Assembly: GCA_043805415.1 (NCBI GenBank)
Contig: JAZDHZ010000034.1
Location: forward strand, 101,478-165,477
DNA from: Candidatus Omnitrophota bacterium
GTDB taxonomy: Bacteria; Omnitrophota; Gorgyraeia; B26-G9
DNA: 64,000 nucleotides
Direction of reading: 5' to 3'
Below, piece by piece: positions 17,669-27,274 of this stretch; position 1 is the first letter of the stretch; each line of letters opens with the position of its first letter. Under the pieces are notes generated by a model. The model saw only the letters and a list, made by a program, of their open reading frames with translations, was not told the origin of the DNA and did not search any database. The position numbers were made by a program, and so were the translations under genes.

Positions 17669-20600
17669 ATGTATTTTAAAAAGCTCGAACTCTTTGGATT
17701 TAAATCTTTCGTTGATAAAACAACTCTTATTTTTGAACCAGGCGTAACCGCGATTGTTGGCCCCAATGGTACAGGAAAAAGTAATATTTCTGACGCGATT
17801 AAATGGGTATTGGGAGAACAAAGTGCCAAGTCTATGCGTGGGGCAAAGATGGAAGATGTTATTTTTAATGGCACAGAAACCCGCCCTCCGGTAAATATGT
17901 CAGAAGTTTCGCTGACGCTTTCTAATGAAGAAAGAGTTTTGGCGATTGATTATGATGAAGTAACTGTAACCAGAAGGCTTTATCGCTCAGGAGAAAGTGA
18001 GTATCTTCTTAATAAAACCCCGGTTAGGTTAAGAGATATAAATGAACTATTAATGGGCACTGGCATAGGCACGGAATCGTATTCTTTGCTCGAGCAGGGC
18101 CGGATTGACGCGATTATTAGTTCCAAGCCGGAAGAACGCAGAGTGGTGTTTGAAGAAGCCAGCGGCATTACCAGATATAAGAAACAAAAAAATGAGGCAA
18201 TGCGCAAGCTGCAGGCAACAGAAGAAAACCTTTTACGGGTTAATGATATAATTGTAGAGGTTAATCGTCAGTTAAATTCCATAGCGCGTCAGGTAAGTAA
18301 AGCGCGCCGCTTTCAGGAAAATTTTGATGAACTTAAAACATTAGATACGCAGTATACATACCTTCAATATAAACAGCTTAAGGAAAAAAATGATTTACTT
18401 GCCAGTGAAGAGACTGCTTTTCATGCTGAGCAGGCGGGATTAGAAAAAGAGCTTGCTGTTTTTTCTGAAGAGTTTGACGCCTTAAAAGTAACCCTTTCTG
18501 AAGTGGAACATAATTACAGTCACTTGAACAATCAATTTGTCAGGACTACTTCGCAGATTGAGCAGAATGTTCACGCTGTGTCCATTAATAATGAACGCAT
18601 CCAGGAATTCAGCCAAAGAGTGCGGGATTATAACCGCGATCTGGAAAACTCCCAAAAGAAAATCAAAGAACTGCAGGAGCAGATAAACCAACTGCAAATC
18701 CGGATTTCCGCTTTTTCCGACGAGAAAAGCGCGAAAGAACTTAATTTAAATTTACGCCAGACAACAATCGCGGAAATTGAAAACCAAATAAAACTCGCGC
18801 AAAAATCCGGAGAAGAAAACCGGATCGTGGCGGTAAAATTACTCAGTGAACACGCGCAGATTAAAAATGAACTGGCCAAGCTTTCGGCGAATATCAGCAA
18901 TGCTAACGCGCGCTTATTGCGGCTTAATCAGGAAAAAGCGAAAACTAATCAGGAACGCGAGAAGATTGACGCGGAATTAAAAAGCAAAATAGCGGAAGTT
19001 GAAAATTTAAGAGGTAAGGTTAATAAAGAAGAAGGCGACGCTCAGAATCTTAAAAATAATTATGAAGAGCTTAATACTCAGATAAAAGAGCTGGAAGTAA
19101 ATATCCAAGACAGCAAGCAAGCTTTAGTCGGCTGTAAATCCCAGCTGGAAATGCTGGAAAGATTGAGCAAGGAATACGAATGGTTTTCCAGCTCAGTGAA
19201 ATCATTTATGCTCCAAAAAGAAAACTATCCCGAAGCTTTTGCCGGAGTCCATGATGTACTGGTAAATCTTATGGAGGTAAAGCCGGGATATGAAGTTTGC
19301 GTGGAAACCGCGCTAGCCGAATACTTGCAGGCCGTTGTTGTTGATAGCCGACAAGTGGCTTTAAGGCTGAGAGAATTTCTTAATCAGCATAATATCGGCA
19401 GAATTCGGTTTATTACTCTGGATTCAATTCCGCAAATAGCTAATCAGCAGTCTCAGATTGAAAATACAAAGAATTTTTTAGAAGTAATTACCTGCGATGA
19501 TAAATACGCGAAAGTTTTAGCGTTTCTGGTTAAGAACACTTTTATTTTACAAGAAAATATTTTTGACAATCCGTCAAATCCTTTGACTAATATCAAAGAT
19601 ACGCTGAGTGCTGAGCCAGATGCTTCTGGCTTGCTTGAAGCTGAGCTTTTGTTTTCTTTTAAAACAAACGCGGCCAATAGCGTTAAAATAGTCGGCGATT
19701 TTAATCGATGGAATGCTTCTTTTGACAGTGATCTGGAACGCAAAGACACGGAGCTTTGGCAAAAGGTTCTAAAGCTCGCGCCAGGACGCTATACTTATAA
19801 GCTGGTGGTTGATGGCCAATGGATCATTGACCCGAACAATCCGCTTAAAGAAATAGATGTAAACGGACATGAAAACTCAGTTATCGAAGTGCTGGCAAAA
19901 TCCCAGGATGCTTTGGTTGCTGAGGCTGATAAGCCGGCGGCATTTGATTTTAATTTTCTGGAAACGCTGGTGAGTATGAGCGGCGAGCTGCATTCAACCG
20001 CGGGATTAATCAGCCGGCCGGTTGCTGACCAGACAACAGGCCTGTTTTATCAAAAAGCAAAAATAAGGCAGCTTAAGCAGGAAAGTGTCGGCCTGGAACA
20101 AGCCGTAGTTAAATATAAACAAGAAATCGACACTAAAATCCAGCAGCTTAAGTTTGTGGAAACAGAATTTACTCAATTAAATGATGCTTTGCACGAAGAA
20201 AAGATTAGTCTGGCGAATCGGGACTCGGAAAAATCCAGTATTGAAATAAACCGGAAAAAACTTGTGGATGAGCTTTTAGTCATTGATCTGGAAATTGATG
20301 AAACAACTCTTGATGTTCAGGAGTTTGAAGAAAAAGAAGCGGCTAAGAGAGCTAGGCTGAGCATTGTGGATCAGGAAATAGTCGGCAATGAACAGACAAT
20401 GGCAAGTAATCATCAATTGATCGGGATAAAAAACAAGGAGCGGGAAGAGCTTTTAGTTATTATCGCGGAAATGAAAACAGAATTTTCTTTGCTCAATGAA
20501 CAGGAAGAATCTTTAAATCAGAGTTTTTCAATGCTGTATAATACGCTCAAAGAATTAACCCTGAACTCGGAAGAATTTGTCCGGTATAAGGATGAGAGTA

Positions 20601-21625
20601 TAAAGCGGATCGAGGCGCTGACGATTCAGGTAAGTGAACTGAATAAATCCACGCTTGTCCTTGAGCAGGAAAAAGAAGAAATCGGCATGTCTTTAGAAGA
20701 ATTTAAAGAAAAACGCGGTCAATTATTAAGTAAATTTGAAGATATCCAGAATAAAATAAAAGAAAAAGAAAACCGATTAAATTATACCAAGAATCGGATT
20801 CGCGATATTGATGTTAAAAAAGTCGAGATGAATTTTAAAACCGAGTCATTGGTAAATTCAGCGAGGCAGGCTTATAAAATCGAACTGGAAACCCTGGAAC
20901 TTGAATTGCCGGAAGATATAGACTGGCAGGCGCGGAAAGAACAGATCGATGGTTTAAAAAATAAGATTGACCGGATTGGGGCAGTTAATCTGGCGGCAGT
21001 AGAAGAAGAGGAAGAATTAAGACAGCGCGCTGACTTTCTTAATAGTCAAAGCGAGGATTTGTTCGCGGCTAAGCAGACATTAATGCAGGCAATCCAAAAA
21101 ATCAACCGCACAACTAAAGCGCTTTTTCTCGAGACTTTTGAGAAATCAAAAATCGCTTTTAAAGAGTATTTCAAGCTTTTATTCAGCGGCGGCGACGCGC
21201 AGCTTCTGCTTACCGAGGGAAAAGATGTTTTAGAATGCGGGGTGGAAATCGTGGTGCGGCCTCCAGGCAAAAGACTGCAAAGCATAACCCTGCTTTCCGG
21301 AGGCGAGAAAACGCTTACGGCAATTGCCTTATTGTTCGCGATTTTTAAGATTAAGCCAACACCGTTTTGCGTATTAGATGAAATGGATGCCCCCTTAGAC
21401 GAATCGAATATTGATCGGTTCACCCGGGTTTTACAGGAATTTTTGAAAAGCTCACAATTCATAATTATTACCCATAATAAAAAGACTATTTCCATGGCGG
21501 ATGTTATGTATGGGGTAACAATGGAGCAGCCGGGTATTTCTCGGCTGGTGAGTGTGAAATTCAGCGAATTTAAAGACTCGGATAAATTAAAACAAGAGCT
21601 TATTCCTGAAGAAGCTATAATCTAG
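17669..21625 (+). CDS. smc: chromosome segregation protein SMC carrying an inserted AMPK-beta-type glycogen-binding (CBM48-like) module in the hinge region
   Basis: N-terminal Walker A FKSF...IVGPNGTGKSNI, long coiled coils, hinge (GVHDVLVNL...GRIRFITLDS), C-terminal LSGGEKTLTAIALLFAI...VLDEMDAPLD signature. Confidence 0.9.
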   Translation: MYFKKLELFGFKSFVDKTTLIFEPGVTAIVGPNGTGKSNISDAIKWVLGEQSAKSMRGAKMEDVIFNGTETRPPVNMSEVSLTLSNEERVLAIDYDEVTVTRRLYRSGESEYLLNKTPVRLRDINELLMGTGIGTESYSLLEQGRIDAIISSKPEERRVVFEEASGITRYKKQKNEAMRKLQATEENLLRVNDIIVEVNRQLNSIARQVSKARRFQENFDELKTLDTQYTYLQYKQLKEKNDLLASEETAFHAEQAGLEKELAVFSEEFDALKVTLSEVEHNYSHLNNQFVRTTSQIEQNVHAVSINNERIQEFSQRVRDYNRDLENSQKKIKELQEQINQLQIRISAFSDEKSAKELNLNLRQTTIAEIENQIKLAQKSGEENRIVAVKLLSEHAQIKNELAKLSANISNANARLLRLNQEKAKTNQEREKIDAELKSKIAEVENLRGKVNKEEGDAQNLKNNYEELNTQIKELEVNIQDSKQALVGCKSQLEMLERLSKEYEWFSSSVKSFMLQKENYPEAFAGVHDVLVNLMEVKPGYEVCVETALAEYLQAVVVDSRQVALRLREFLNQHNIGRIRFITLDSIPQIANQQSQIENTKNFLEVITCDDKYAKVLAFLVKNTFILQENIFDNPSNPLTNIKDTLSAEPDASGLLEAELLFSFKTNAANSVKIVGDFNRWNASFDSDLERKDTELWQKVLKLAPGRYTYKLVVDGQWIIDPNNPLKEIDVNGHENSVIEVLAKSQDALVAEADKPAAFDFNFLETLVSMSGELHSTAGLISRPVADQTTGLFYQKAKIRQLKQESVGLEQAVVKYKQEIDTKIQQLKFVETEFTQLNDALHEEKISLANRDSEKSSIEINRKKLVDELLVIDLEIDETTLDVQEFEEKEAAKRARLSIVDQEIVGNEQTMASNHQLIGIKNKEREELLVIIAEMKTEFSLLNEQEESLNQSFSMLYNTLKELTLNSEEFVRYKDESIKRIEALTIQVSELNKSTLVLEQEKEEIGMSLEEFKEKRGQLLSKFEDIQNKIKEKENRLNYTKNRIRDIDVKKVEMNFKTESLVNSARQAYKIELETLELELPEDIDWQARKEQIDGLKNKIDRIGAVNLAAVEEEEELRQRADFLNSQSEDLFAAKQTLMQAIQKINRTTKALFLETFEKSKIAFKEYFKLLFSGGDAQLLLTEGKDVLECGVEIVVRPPGKRLQSITLLSGGEKTLTAIALLFAIFKIKPTPFCVLDEMDAPLDESNIDRFTRVLQEFLKSSQFIIITHNKKTISMADVMYGVTMEQPGISRLVSVKFSEFKDSDKLKQELIPEEAII

Positions 21626-21657
21626 CCGATTATTTGATTATCCCCGCGAACCGCGAA

Positions 21658-22851
21658 TCAGATAAATTCTGTGCTGAACATGCACACCCGATTTCTTCCG
21701 GTTTCTTTAGCTACATACAGAGCCTTATCAGCAAAAGCAATTAAATCATCTTTGTTCGAGGCATCCTGGGGAAAACTGGCGACTCCGATACTGATCGTGA
21801 TTCTTTTGGAAGGTTGTCCCTCTTTATAATGGCAAGGGTGAGCGGCAGTTAATTTTCTTATTCGCTCAGCAGAGGAATAAGCTTTTTCTTTAAATGTTTC
21901 CGGCAGAATAATCGCGAATTCCTCTCCGCCATAGCGGGCGACCAGATCAACTTCCCGGCAGGTGGACTGGAGAATTTCCGAGATTTCCTGCAATAATTTA
22001 TCTCCGGCCAAATGCCCCAGGCTATCATTAAATTTCTTAAAATGATCGATATCGATCATTAATAAGCTGACATGGCGGTTAAACCGGTTTGCTCTTTTAA
22101 CTTCTTCCGCTAATTGGTGCTGAAAATATCCATAGTTCCAAAGACTTGTCAGGCGGTCGGTGTTGGATAAGATAAGGGTTTTTTCAAATTCCTGAGAGTT
22201 GCCGATTGCCAGTCCGGCATTATTGGCAAACATAGTCAGTTTCCAGATATCATCTTTGGTAAGATCTCTTTTGGAATAGAAATTATCAACCAGCATTACT
22301 CCGAGAACCCGGTTTTTTGCCATTAAAGGAATCGTCAGACCGTATTCCATATTAAATAAGGAGATGATCGGGTCGTTTTTTTAAATTTGTTTTTTATACG
22401 TAGGGGTTATTATCTCAAACTGTTTTTTCTGAAGCACTGTTTGGGCTAAAATTCCCGAACTTGGATTAATCGGCAGCTTGATATTTTTAACATTATTATT
22501 AAAATGCGAATCCTGTTTGCGGCCGAATTCTTTATAATCTTTTAACAGCTCCTCAAGAGTTTTATGCGTGTTTTCAATAAACTCCCAAATATTTTTCGCG
22601 TCAGCTTCTGAATCAGGGCCAATACCCATCCGGCCTTCCAGGATATTTTCTTTCTCATTAACCAGAAAAACCATAGCCCGGTTAAACCCCAGGCCTTCGC
22701 CGGAAGTAACACTGGTAAGAATAATGTATAAAATTTCATCCAGCCTGAGAGTCGAGCTCATGGCCATGCTGATTTCATAAAGCATCAGCAGTTCGGCGTG
22801 ATATTTATCTTGTAGGTTTTTCGGTGTTTCTTCGATTGACATAGCCTTCAT
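21658..22851 (-). pseudogene. GAF-GGDEF diguanylate cyclase gene interrupted by a single in-frame TAA (complement of 22381-22383). GAF is split across the stop; the GGDEF domain has an intact GGEEF motif.
   Basis: The two minus-strand ORFs (22851->22381 and 22350->21658) are in the same frame and separated only by one TAA. The GAF domain continues across it (..KKQI*KNDPIISLFNMEYGLTIPLMAKNRVLGVMLVDN). GGDEF motifs: RYGGEEFAIIL and DHFKKFNDSLGHLAGD. Confidence 0.6.
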
Positions 22852-23060
22852 TGTATAATTAGTGTCTTTAGTTTGTCAATCTCTTAGTTAGAAAATCGAT
22901 TAACTGAAATTAAGCTTTAAACTATTAAAAAAGAATAATTTAAATTTTCGCTTAAACTGTGTAAAATGTAAGCAGGTCAAGGCAGTTTATGCCCGGGCTG
23001 ATAAAGGAATCAATCTTAAGATCATAAGCTGGTTTAACTTTGTTTTGATTGGGGGAATGA

Positions 23061-24440
23061 GTGGTTAAGAAAAAAATAAATTCAGCAGGCATAATATGCG
23101 TGGTTTTTGTATTTCTCGCTTTACTTTTTGCTGCTTCTGGTTTTTGTGAGACTGAAGCGGAGTTTAAAGCTTTGATAAAAGAGTATGAGCAGAAATACGC
23201 TTATGATCCTTATGATGAAAATATTAAAAAACAATTAAGCGTTTTATATCATAATTACGCGATGGAGCTGGCTAATGAGGGTTTATGGGATGAAGCGATA
23301 GAACATGAAAAAAGAGCATTGGATATTGAGCCGGAGATCGCGAGCATAAAGAATGCTCTGGCGTATATGTACAATTGCCGGGGTTTGGAGCGGAAAGACG
23401 AAGGCTTGTATGATAAAGCGATTAGCGATTTAAAATCAGCGATAGAGTATAGCCCAGAAGAGCTGGTGCTTAAAAAAAATATCGCGGCAATTTATTTGGG
23501 CTGGGCTTATCAGTTTTTTGAAAACAATGAATATTCCAATGCTGAACGGATGCTGCTTCAGGTGCAGCATTATGATGATCAGAATCCATATCTCTATGTT
23601 GTCAGGGGAGACATTGCTTATACCCGGGATAGCTATTTTGCTACGCGTGATAATTGGCAGAAAGCTTTAAAGTTAAATCCCAGCCTTTATCAGGTTAGGA
23701 TGAAGCTGGAAAAACTGGAAAAGGAACAGGATGTGGAGAGAAATTTTAGTGTTCGGGAATTTGAGAACTTTAAATTAAAATTTGAAGGCATTGCCAGTGA
23801 GGGCTTAGCGGATAAAGCGGCGGAAATATTAAGAAATGCTTATAAGCAAGTGGGTAAAGACTTTGATCTTTATCCTCGGGCAACTGTTCCGGTTATTATT
23901 TATCCTTTTGTTAAGCTGAAAAAACTCGATTATTTTCCAGATTGGGCAGCTGGTACCTATGACGGGAAAATCAGGTTTGGCGAAGATTTAGGCAAAGACC
24001 CATTGCTGATGCAGGGAGTTTTATATCATGAATATACGCATGTTATTGTCAGGATGCTGGGCGGGGATAATGTTCCGCTCTGGTTAAATGAAGGCTTAGC
24101 GGAATATGAGGCAAAACAATTTAAAACCGCGCTTGTCAATAAATCAAGAAAAGAATTAATATCCAAGGCCATTGAAAAAGGAACAATCTTCCCTTTAGAT
24201 AAATTAGGAACAATGGATTTAAGTAAATTATCCTATCTTGCTCCGCACAGGATCGAGCTGGTTTATGCCCAGTCCGAGGCTTTTGTCCAGTATATTATTA
24301 ATCGCTCATCGCTTTATGACATAAAAAAGCTTTTGCAGGAGCTGGGCAAAGGCACGAATATTTATAAAGCGGTTAAAGATGTGCTGTATGTTGAAGTAGA
24401 GGTTTTGGAAAGAGACTGGAAAAATGAATATCAAAAATAA
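23061..24440 (+). CDS. TPR-repeat protein with a C-terminal Peptidase_MA-like (gluzincin HExxH...E) domain; N-terminal signal/TM. GTG start.
   Basis: TPR-like repeats in the N-terminal half. HEYTHVIV...LWLNEGLAEYEA matches the Peptidase_MA_2 pattern (HExxH ... NEGxAxY). Confidence 0.5.
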   Translation: MVKKKINSAGIICVVFVFLALLFAASGFCETEAEFKALIKEYEQKYAYDPYDENIKKQLSVLYHNYAMELANEGLWDEAIEHEKRALDIEPEIASIKNALAYMYNCRGLERKDEGLYDKAISDLKSAIEYSPEELVLKKNIAAIYLGWAYQFFENNEYSNAERMLLQVQHYDDQNPYLYVVRGDIAYTRDSYFATRDNWQKALKLNPSLYQVRMKLEKLEKEQDVERNFSVREFENFKLKFEGIASEGLADKAAEILRNAYKQVGKDFDLYPRATVPVIIYPFVKLKKLDYFPDWAAGTYDGKIRFGEDLGKDPLLMQGVLYHEYTHVIVRMLGGDNVPLWLNEGLAEYEAKQFKTALVNKSRKELISKAIEKGTIFPLDKLGTMDLSKLSYLAPHRIELVYAQSEAFVQYIINRSSLYDIKKLLQELGKGTNIYKAVKDVLYVEVEVLERDWKNEYQK

Positions 24441-24466
24441 AATGAAATAAGTTTAAAGGATTTTTT

Positions 24467-25600
24467 ATGCAGCCTATTGGTATCTATGTCCACATTCCCT
24501 TTTGTGTTAAAAAATGCGGTTATTGCGGCTTTAATTCTCTGGTTGCCAACAGCGCCGGGCAAATAAAAGCATATCTTAAGGCTTTATTCCTGGATATTCA
24601 ATTATCCGCTAAAAACCGGCAAGCCTTTGCGGTGGAAAGTATTTATATCGGAGGCGGGACGCCTTCTATATTAGAGGCAAAAGACATTGCTCATATCATA
24701 GCTGAAATTAAACAGTGTTTTCCGGTAGCAAGAGAATCAGAGATTACAATTGAGGTAAATCCGGCCAGTGTATCCAGGCAAAAGCTTCTCGAGTATAAAA
24801 AATCCGGGATTAATCGGATCAGCATGGGAGTCCAATCGTTTAAACCTAAGAATTTAAAATTTCTCGGCAGAGCGCACAGCGCTTTGGATGTGTTCAAGGC
24901 GCTTAAAATGCTTAAAAACCTGGAATTTAATAATATCAGTATTGACCTGATTTATGGCTTACCGGATCAGTCTTTAAAAGACTGGGAGGATGATTTAAAT
25001 CAATTCATTGATTGCGAGCTGAGTCATTTATCGCTGTATGATTTAACCATTGAAAAGGGAACGCCTTTTTATGAAATTAAAAATACGCTGTTGATCGCGG
25101 ATAATGATTTGCAGGCTTTAATGTATAAGAAAGCAGATGGTTTATTAAAAAAAAACCAGTTTAACCATTATGAGATTTCCAGTTTCGCTAAAAAAGGCAG
25201 GCAGTCAAAACACAATCTGATATATTGGAATAACTTAGATTATATTGGCTTGGGAGCAGGCGCTTATTCATATATTAATCGCCAGAGGTTTAGCAAAGCA
25301 AATGATCTTTATCTTTATGAACAGCAGGCAAAAAAAAACAAGTTTGAGCATTATGATTCAGAAAAGCTTAGTTTGGTAAAGCTGATGCAAGAAACATTAA
25401 TCCTCAGGCTAAGGCTGTTAAAAGGCTTTAGGCTTAAGGATATAGAGAATAAGCTGAATCATAAGATCAGGCAGGATAGTATGAACATTTTAAATGAATT
25501 TGTTAGGCAGGGCTTTATTTTGCTTCATAATAATCACTATAAACTGAGCAAAAAAGGTTTATTGCAATATGATACTATTGCCAGTGAACTATTATCATAG
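24467..25600 (+). CDS. hemW: radical SAM heme chaperone HemW / oxygen-independent coproporphyrinogen-III oxidase-like protein
   Basis: N-terminus IYVHIPFCVKKCGYCGFNS (CxxxCxxC radical SAM motif in HemN/HemW context); length 377 aa. Confidence 0.8.
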   Translation: MQPIGIYVHIPFCVKKCGYCGFNSLVANSAGQIKAYLKALFLDIQLSAKNRQAFAVESIYIGGGTPSILEAKDIAHIIAEIKQCFPVARESEITIEVNPASVSRQKLLEYKKSGINRISMGVQSFKPKNLKFLGRAHSALDVFKALKMLKNLEFNNISIDLIYGLPDQSLKDWEDDLNQFIDCELSHLSLYDLTIEKGTPFYEIKNTLLIADNDLQALMYKKADGLLKKNQFNHYEISSFAKKGRQSKHNLIYWNNLDYIGLGAGAYSYINRQRFSKANDLYLYEQQAKKNKFEHYDSEKLSLVKLMQETLILRLRLLKGFRLKDIENKLNHKIRQDSMNILNEFVRQGFILLHNNHYKLSKKGLLQYDTIASELLS

Positions 25601-25853
25601 AGCAAATAAATTCCAAATGACAAATGTCAAATGACAAAAATTGAAAGCAGAGAACAGAAACCGAGGGATGATCCTCCTTTGCCAAGGCTATGGAGGACAG
25701 ATGGACGATTGATGTGTTAGGATGAAGGACGAAAGAGCAGAAACAGAGAGTAGAAATTTGTTATTGTCCTTGTGTCTTGTGACTTTGTGTCTTGAGTCTA
25801 AATTGCTTGATATTTTTTTTGGTTCATGGTATAAATAGAACACTCAATATTTT

Positions 25854-25939
25854 GCGGGGATGGTGGAATGGCAGACACGCTAGCTTGAGGGGCTAGTGGG
25901 AGCAATCTCGTGAGGGTTCAAATCCCTCTCTCCGCACCA
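25854..25939 (+). tRNA. tRNA-Leu (anticodon GAG) with long variable arm, CCA encoded
   Basis: Acceptor stem GCGGGGA/TCTCCGC. Anticodon stem CTAGC/GCTAG with loop TTGAGGG. Long variable arm. T-arm GGTTCAAATCC. Terminal CCA. Confidence 0.85.
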
Positions 25940-25968
25940 AAAAACTCCTGAAATGGAGTTTTTTTGCT
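25940..25968 (+). terminator. Rho-independent terminator after tRNA-Leu (AAAAACTCC-tgaaat-GGAGTTTTTTT)
   Basis: 6-9 bp stem followed by a 7-T run. Confidence 0.7.
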
Positions 25969-26023
25969 ATTTATGATGATTTTTTCCTCGAAGCAAGTTT
26001 TTTTAAAAAATTCTTTGCCAGCC

Positions 26024-26052
26024 TTGTAATTTAAAAAAACCTATGGTATACT
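26024..26052 (+). promoter_or_regulatory. sigma70-type promoter TTGTAA-17nt-TGG-TATACT
   Basis: Near-consensus hexamers with 17-nt spacer and extended -10. About 55 nt upstream of the leader element at 26110. Confidence 0.55.
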
Positions 26053-26109
26053 TGCACTCCGTTGTAGCTGAATCTCAATATGTAACTATTAGTTAAAATG
26101 AAATATTAA

Positions 26110-26193
26110 GGGAATGCGAAGTTGAAACGTTCTTATTTATTAAGGCGTTTACGAAGACCCCTACTTCCCCCGTTCTTCGCATTCCTTTTTTTT
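26110..26193 (+). ncRNA. structured 5'-leader element copy A: long hairpin (GGAATGCGAAG...CTTCGCATTCC) with an inner CGAAGA/TCTTCG stem, conserved CCCCTACTTCCCC loop segment and a terminal U8 tract; putative attenuator/riboswitch-like leader
   Basis: Perfect 11-nt inverted repeat flanking about 53 nt, followed by TTTTTTTT. Lies between the promoter at 26024-26052 and the ATG at 26245. A second copy is at 27178. Confidence 0.5.
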
Positions 26194-26244
26194 ATTTGTT
26201 TGAGATCTAACACATTTAAACCAAAGTATTTATCCAGATAAGCT

Positions 26245-27012
26245 ATGAAAAATCCGCTGCATAACAAAATAATCTGTATGGTTTGCTTATTTATTGCAAT
26301 CAGCAATACTGCTTTACCGGTTTTTGCTTTGAATAATCCGGAATCAAGCCGAAAATATTGCCTTTCCCCGTTTTTACGTATAATCAATTCTGATTTTCAA
26401 TCCAGATTTGAGAGTCTAAACTCTGACTTATTAGACAATAATTTAAACATGCCAGGGGATCTGAAAAGCCGCGCGCTGGTAGTTGGCAGGACAAGCATAA
26501 TTTTTAATAACAAAGAAATGAGCTTTTTTGAATTAACAAAAAGCCTAAACCTTTTACTTGCCAATGATCGATTTACTTACTTTGCCAGAATTGAAAAAGA
26601 TATGGTTAAATATGCGGCATTAAGCACTGTAGAGCAGCTTTTACTTGCTTTAAAGCAGTCAGAATTATCAGAATATGCTGAGCAAATTGATATTATTCTG
26701 GCAATTTTGCATCTTTCCGCTGAAGACGCGGCAATTATCCTTAGCGGCATTGAACCTTTGCAGCAAAAATCAATTACTAATCTTACTGATAAGGCCTGGA
26801 CGAATAAATTCAGAATGAAACGATTCAGCTTAACCATGGGCTATGAGCTTGATATTGCTAAAGCTTGGTATGTTAAAACATTGGAAACAGAGGCTGAGGA
26901 AAGACAGTGGTGGCATGCTATGTGCCGCAATTCAATGCCTATGAATATGTTTAAGGGTTTGAATGCTGATTTGCAGAAAAAAAATCATGGCTTAATTGAT
27001 GCTTCAATTTAA
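26245..27012 (+). CDS. hypothetical secreted protein (C-terminus ...DASI)
   Basis: Signal peptide; no recognisable domain. Confidence 0.45.
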   Translation: MKNPLHNKIICMVCLFIAISNTALPVFALNNPESSRKYCLSPFLRIINSDFQSRFESLNSDLLDNNLNMPGDLKSRALVVGRTSIIFNNKEMSFFELTKSLNLLLANDRFTYFARIEKDMVKYAALSTVEQLLLALKQSELSEYAEQIDIILAILHLSAEDAAIILSGIEPLQQKSITNLTDKAWTNKFRMKRFSLTMGYELDIAKAWYVKTLETEAEERQWWHAMCRNSMPMNMFKGLNADLQKKNHGLIDASI

Positions 27013-27045
27013 TTCTATTCATGGCTTAAAAAAATCCTCTGAACA

Positions 27046-27074
27046 TTGAAATTCCTGGAATAATATGGTATAAT
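27046..27074 (+). promoter_or_regulatory. sigma70-type promoter TTGAAA-17nt-TGG-TATAAT
   Basis: Consensus hexamers with 17-nt spacer and extended -10. Confidence 0.6.
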
Positions 27075-27177
27075 TCTAATGAAGTAAGGAAGTTATGGAA
27101 AAACGGGGGTTTTGGGGCTTTTTTATCGTCTAAAATTAAACAATTTTAAAAAGTAATTTAAAACTATATGTAAAATA

Positions 27178-27257
27178 GGGATACGAAGACCAGAATCGCC
27201 TTATCCCCTAAGGTGATTATTGGCCCCTACTTCCCCTGTCTTCGTATCCCTATTTTT
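27178..27257 (+). ncRNA. structured 5'-leader element copy B: hairpin GGGATACGAAGAC...GTCTTCGTATCCC with an inner CCTTA/TAAGG stem, the same CCCCTACTTCCCC segment, and a terminal U-tract
   Basis: Perfect 13-nt inverted repeat, followed by TATTTTTT. Lies between the promoter at 27046-27074 and the RBS/ATG at 27275. Confidence 0.5.
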
Positions 27258-27274
27258 TAAAAAGGAAGGTTTAA

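Noticed and set aside
22381-22383. TAA reassigned as a sense codon
   Set aside because: TAA terminates many well-conserved genes in this window (for example queC at 58690 and the GH77 giant at 11182), and all large ORFs are intact under the standard code. A single in-frame stop is better explained as a mutation or sequencing error.
25600-25853. Short tandem repeats and GTGTCTTG-like repeats between hemW and tRNA-Leu as a possible CRISPR array
   Set aside because: The repeats are only 9-11 nt, irregular, and have no spacer periodicity or cas genes. They are low-complexity AT-rich intergenic sequence.
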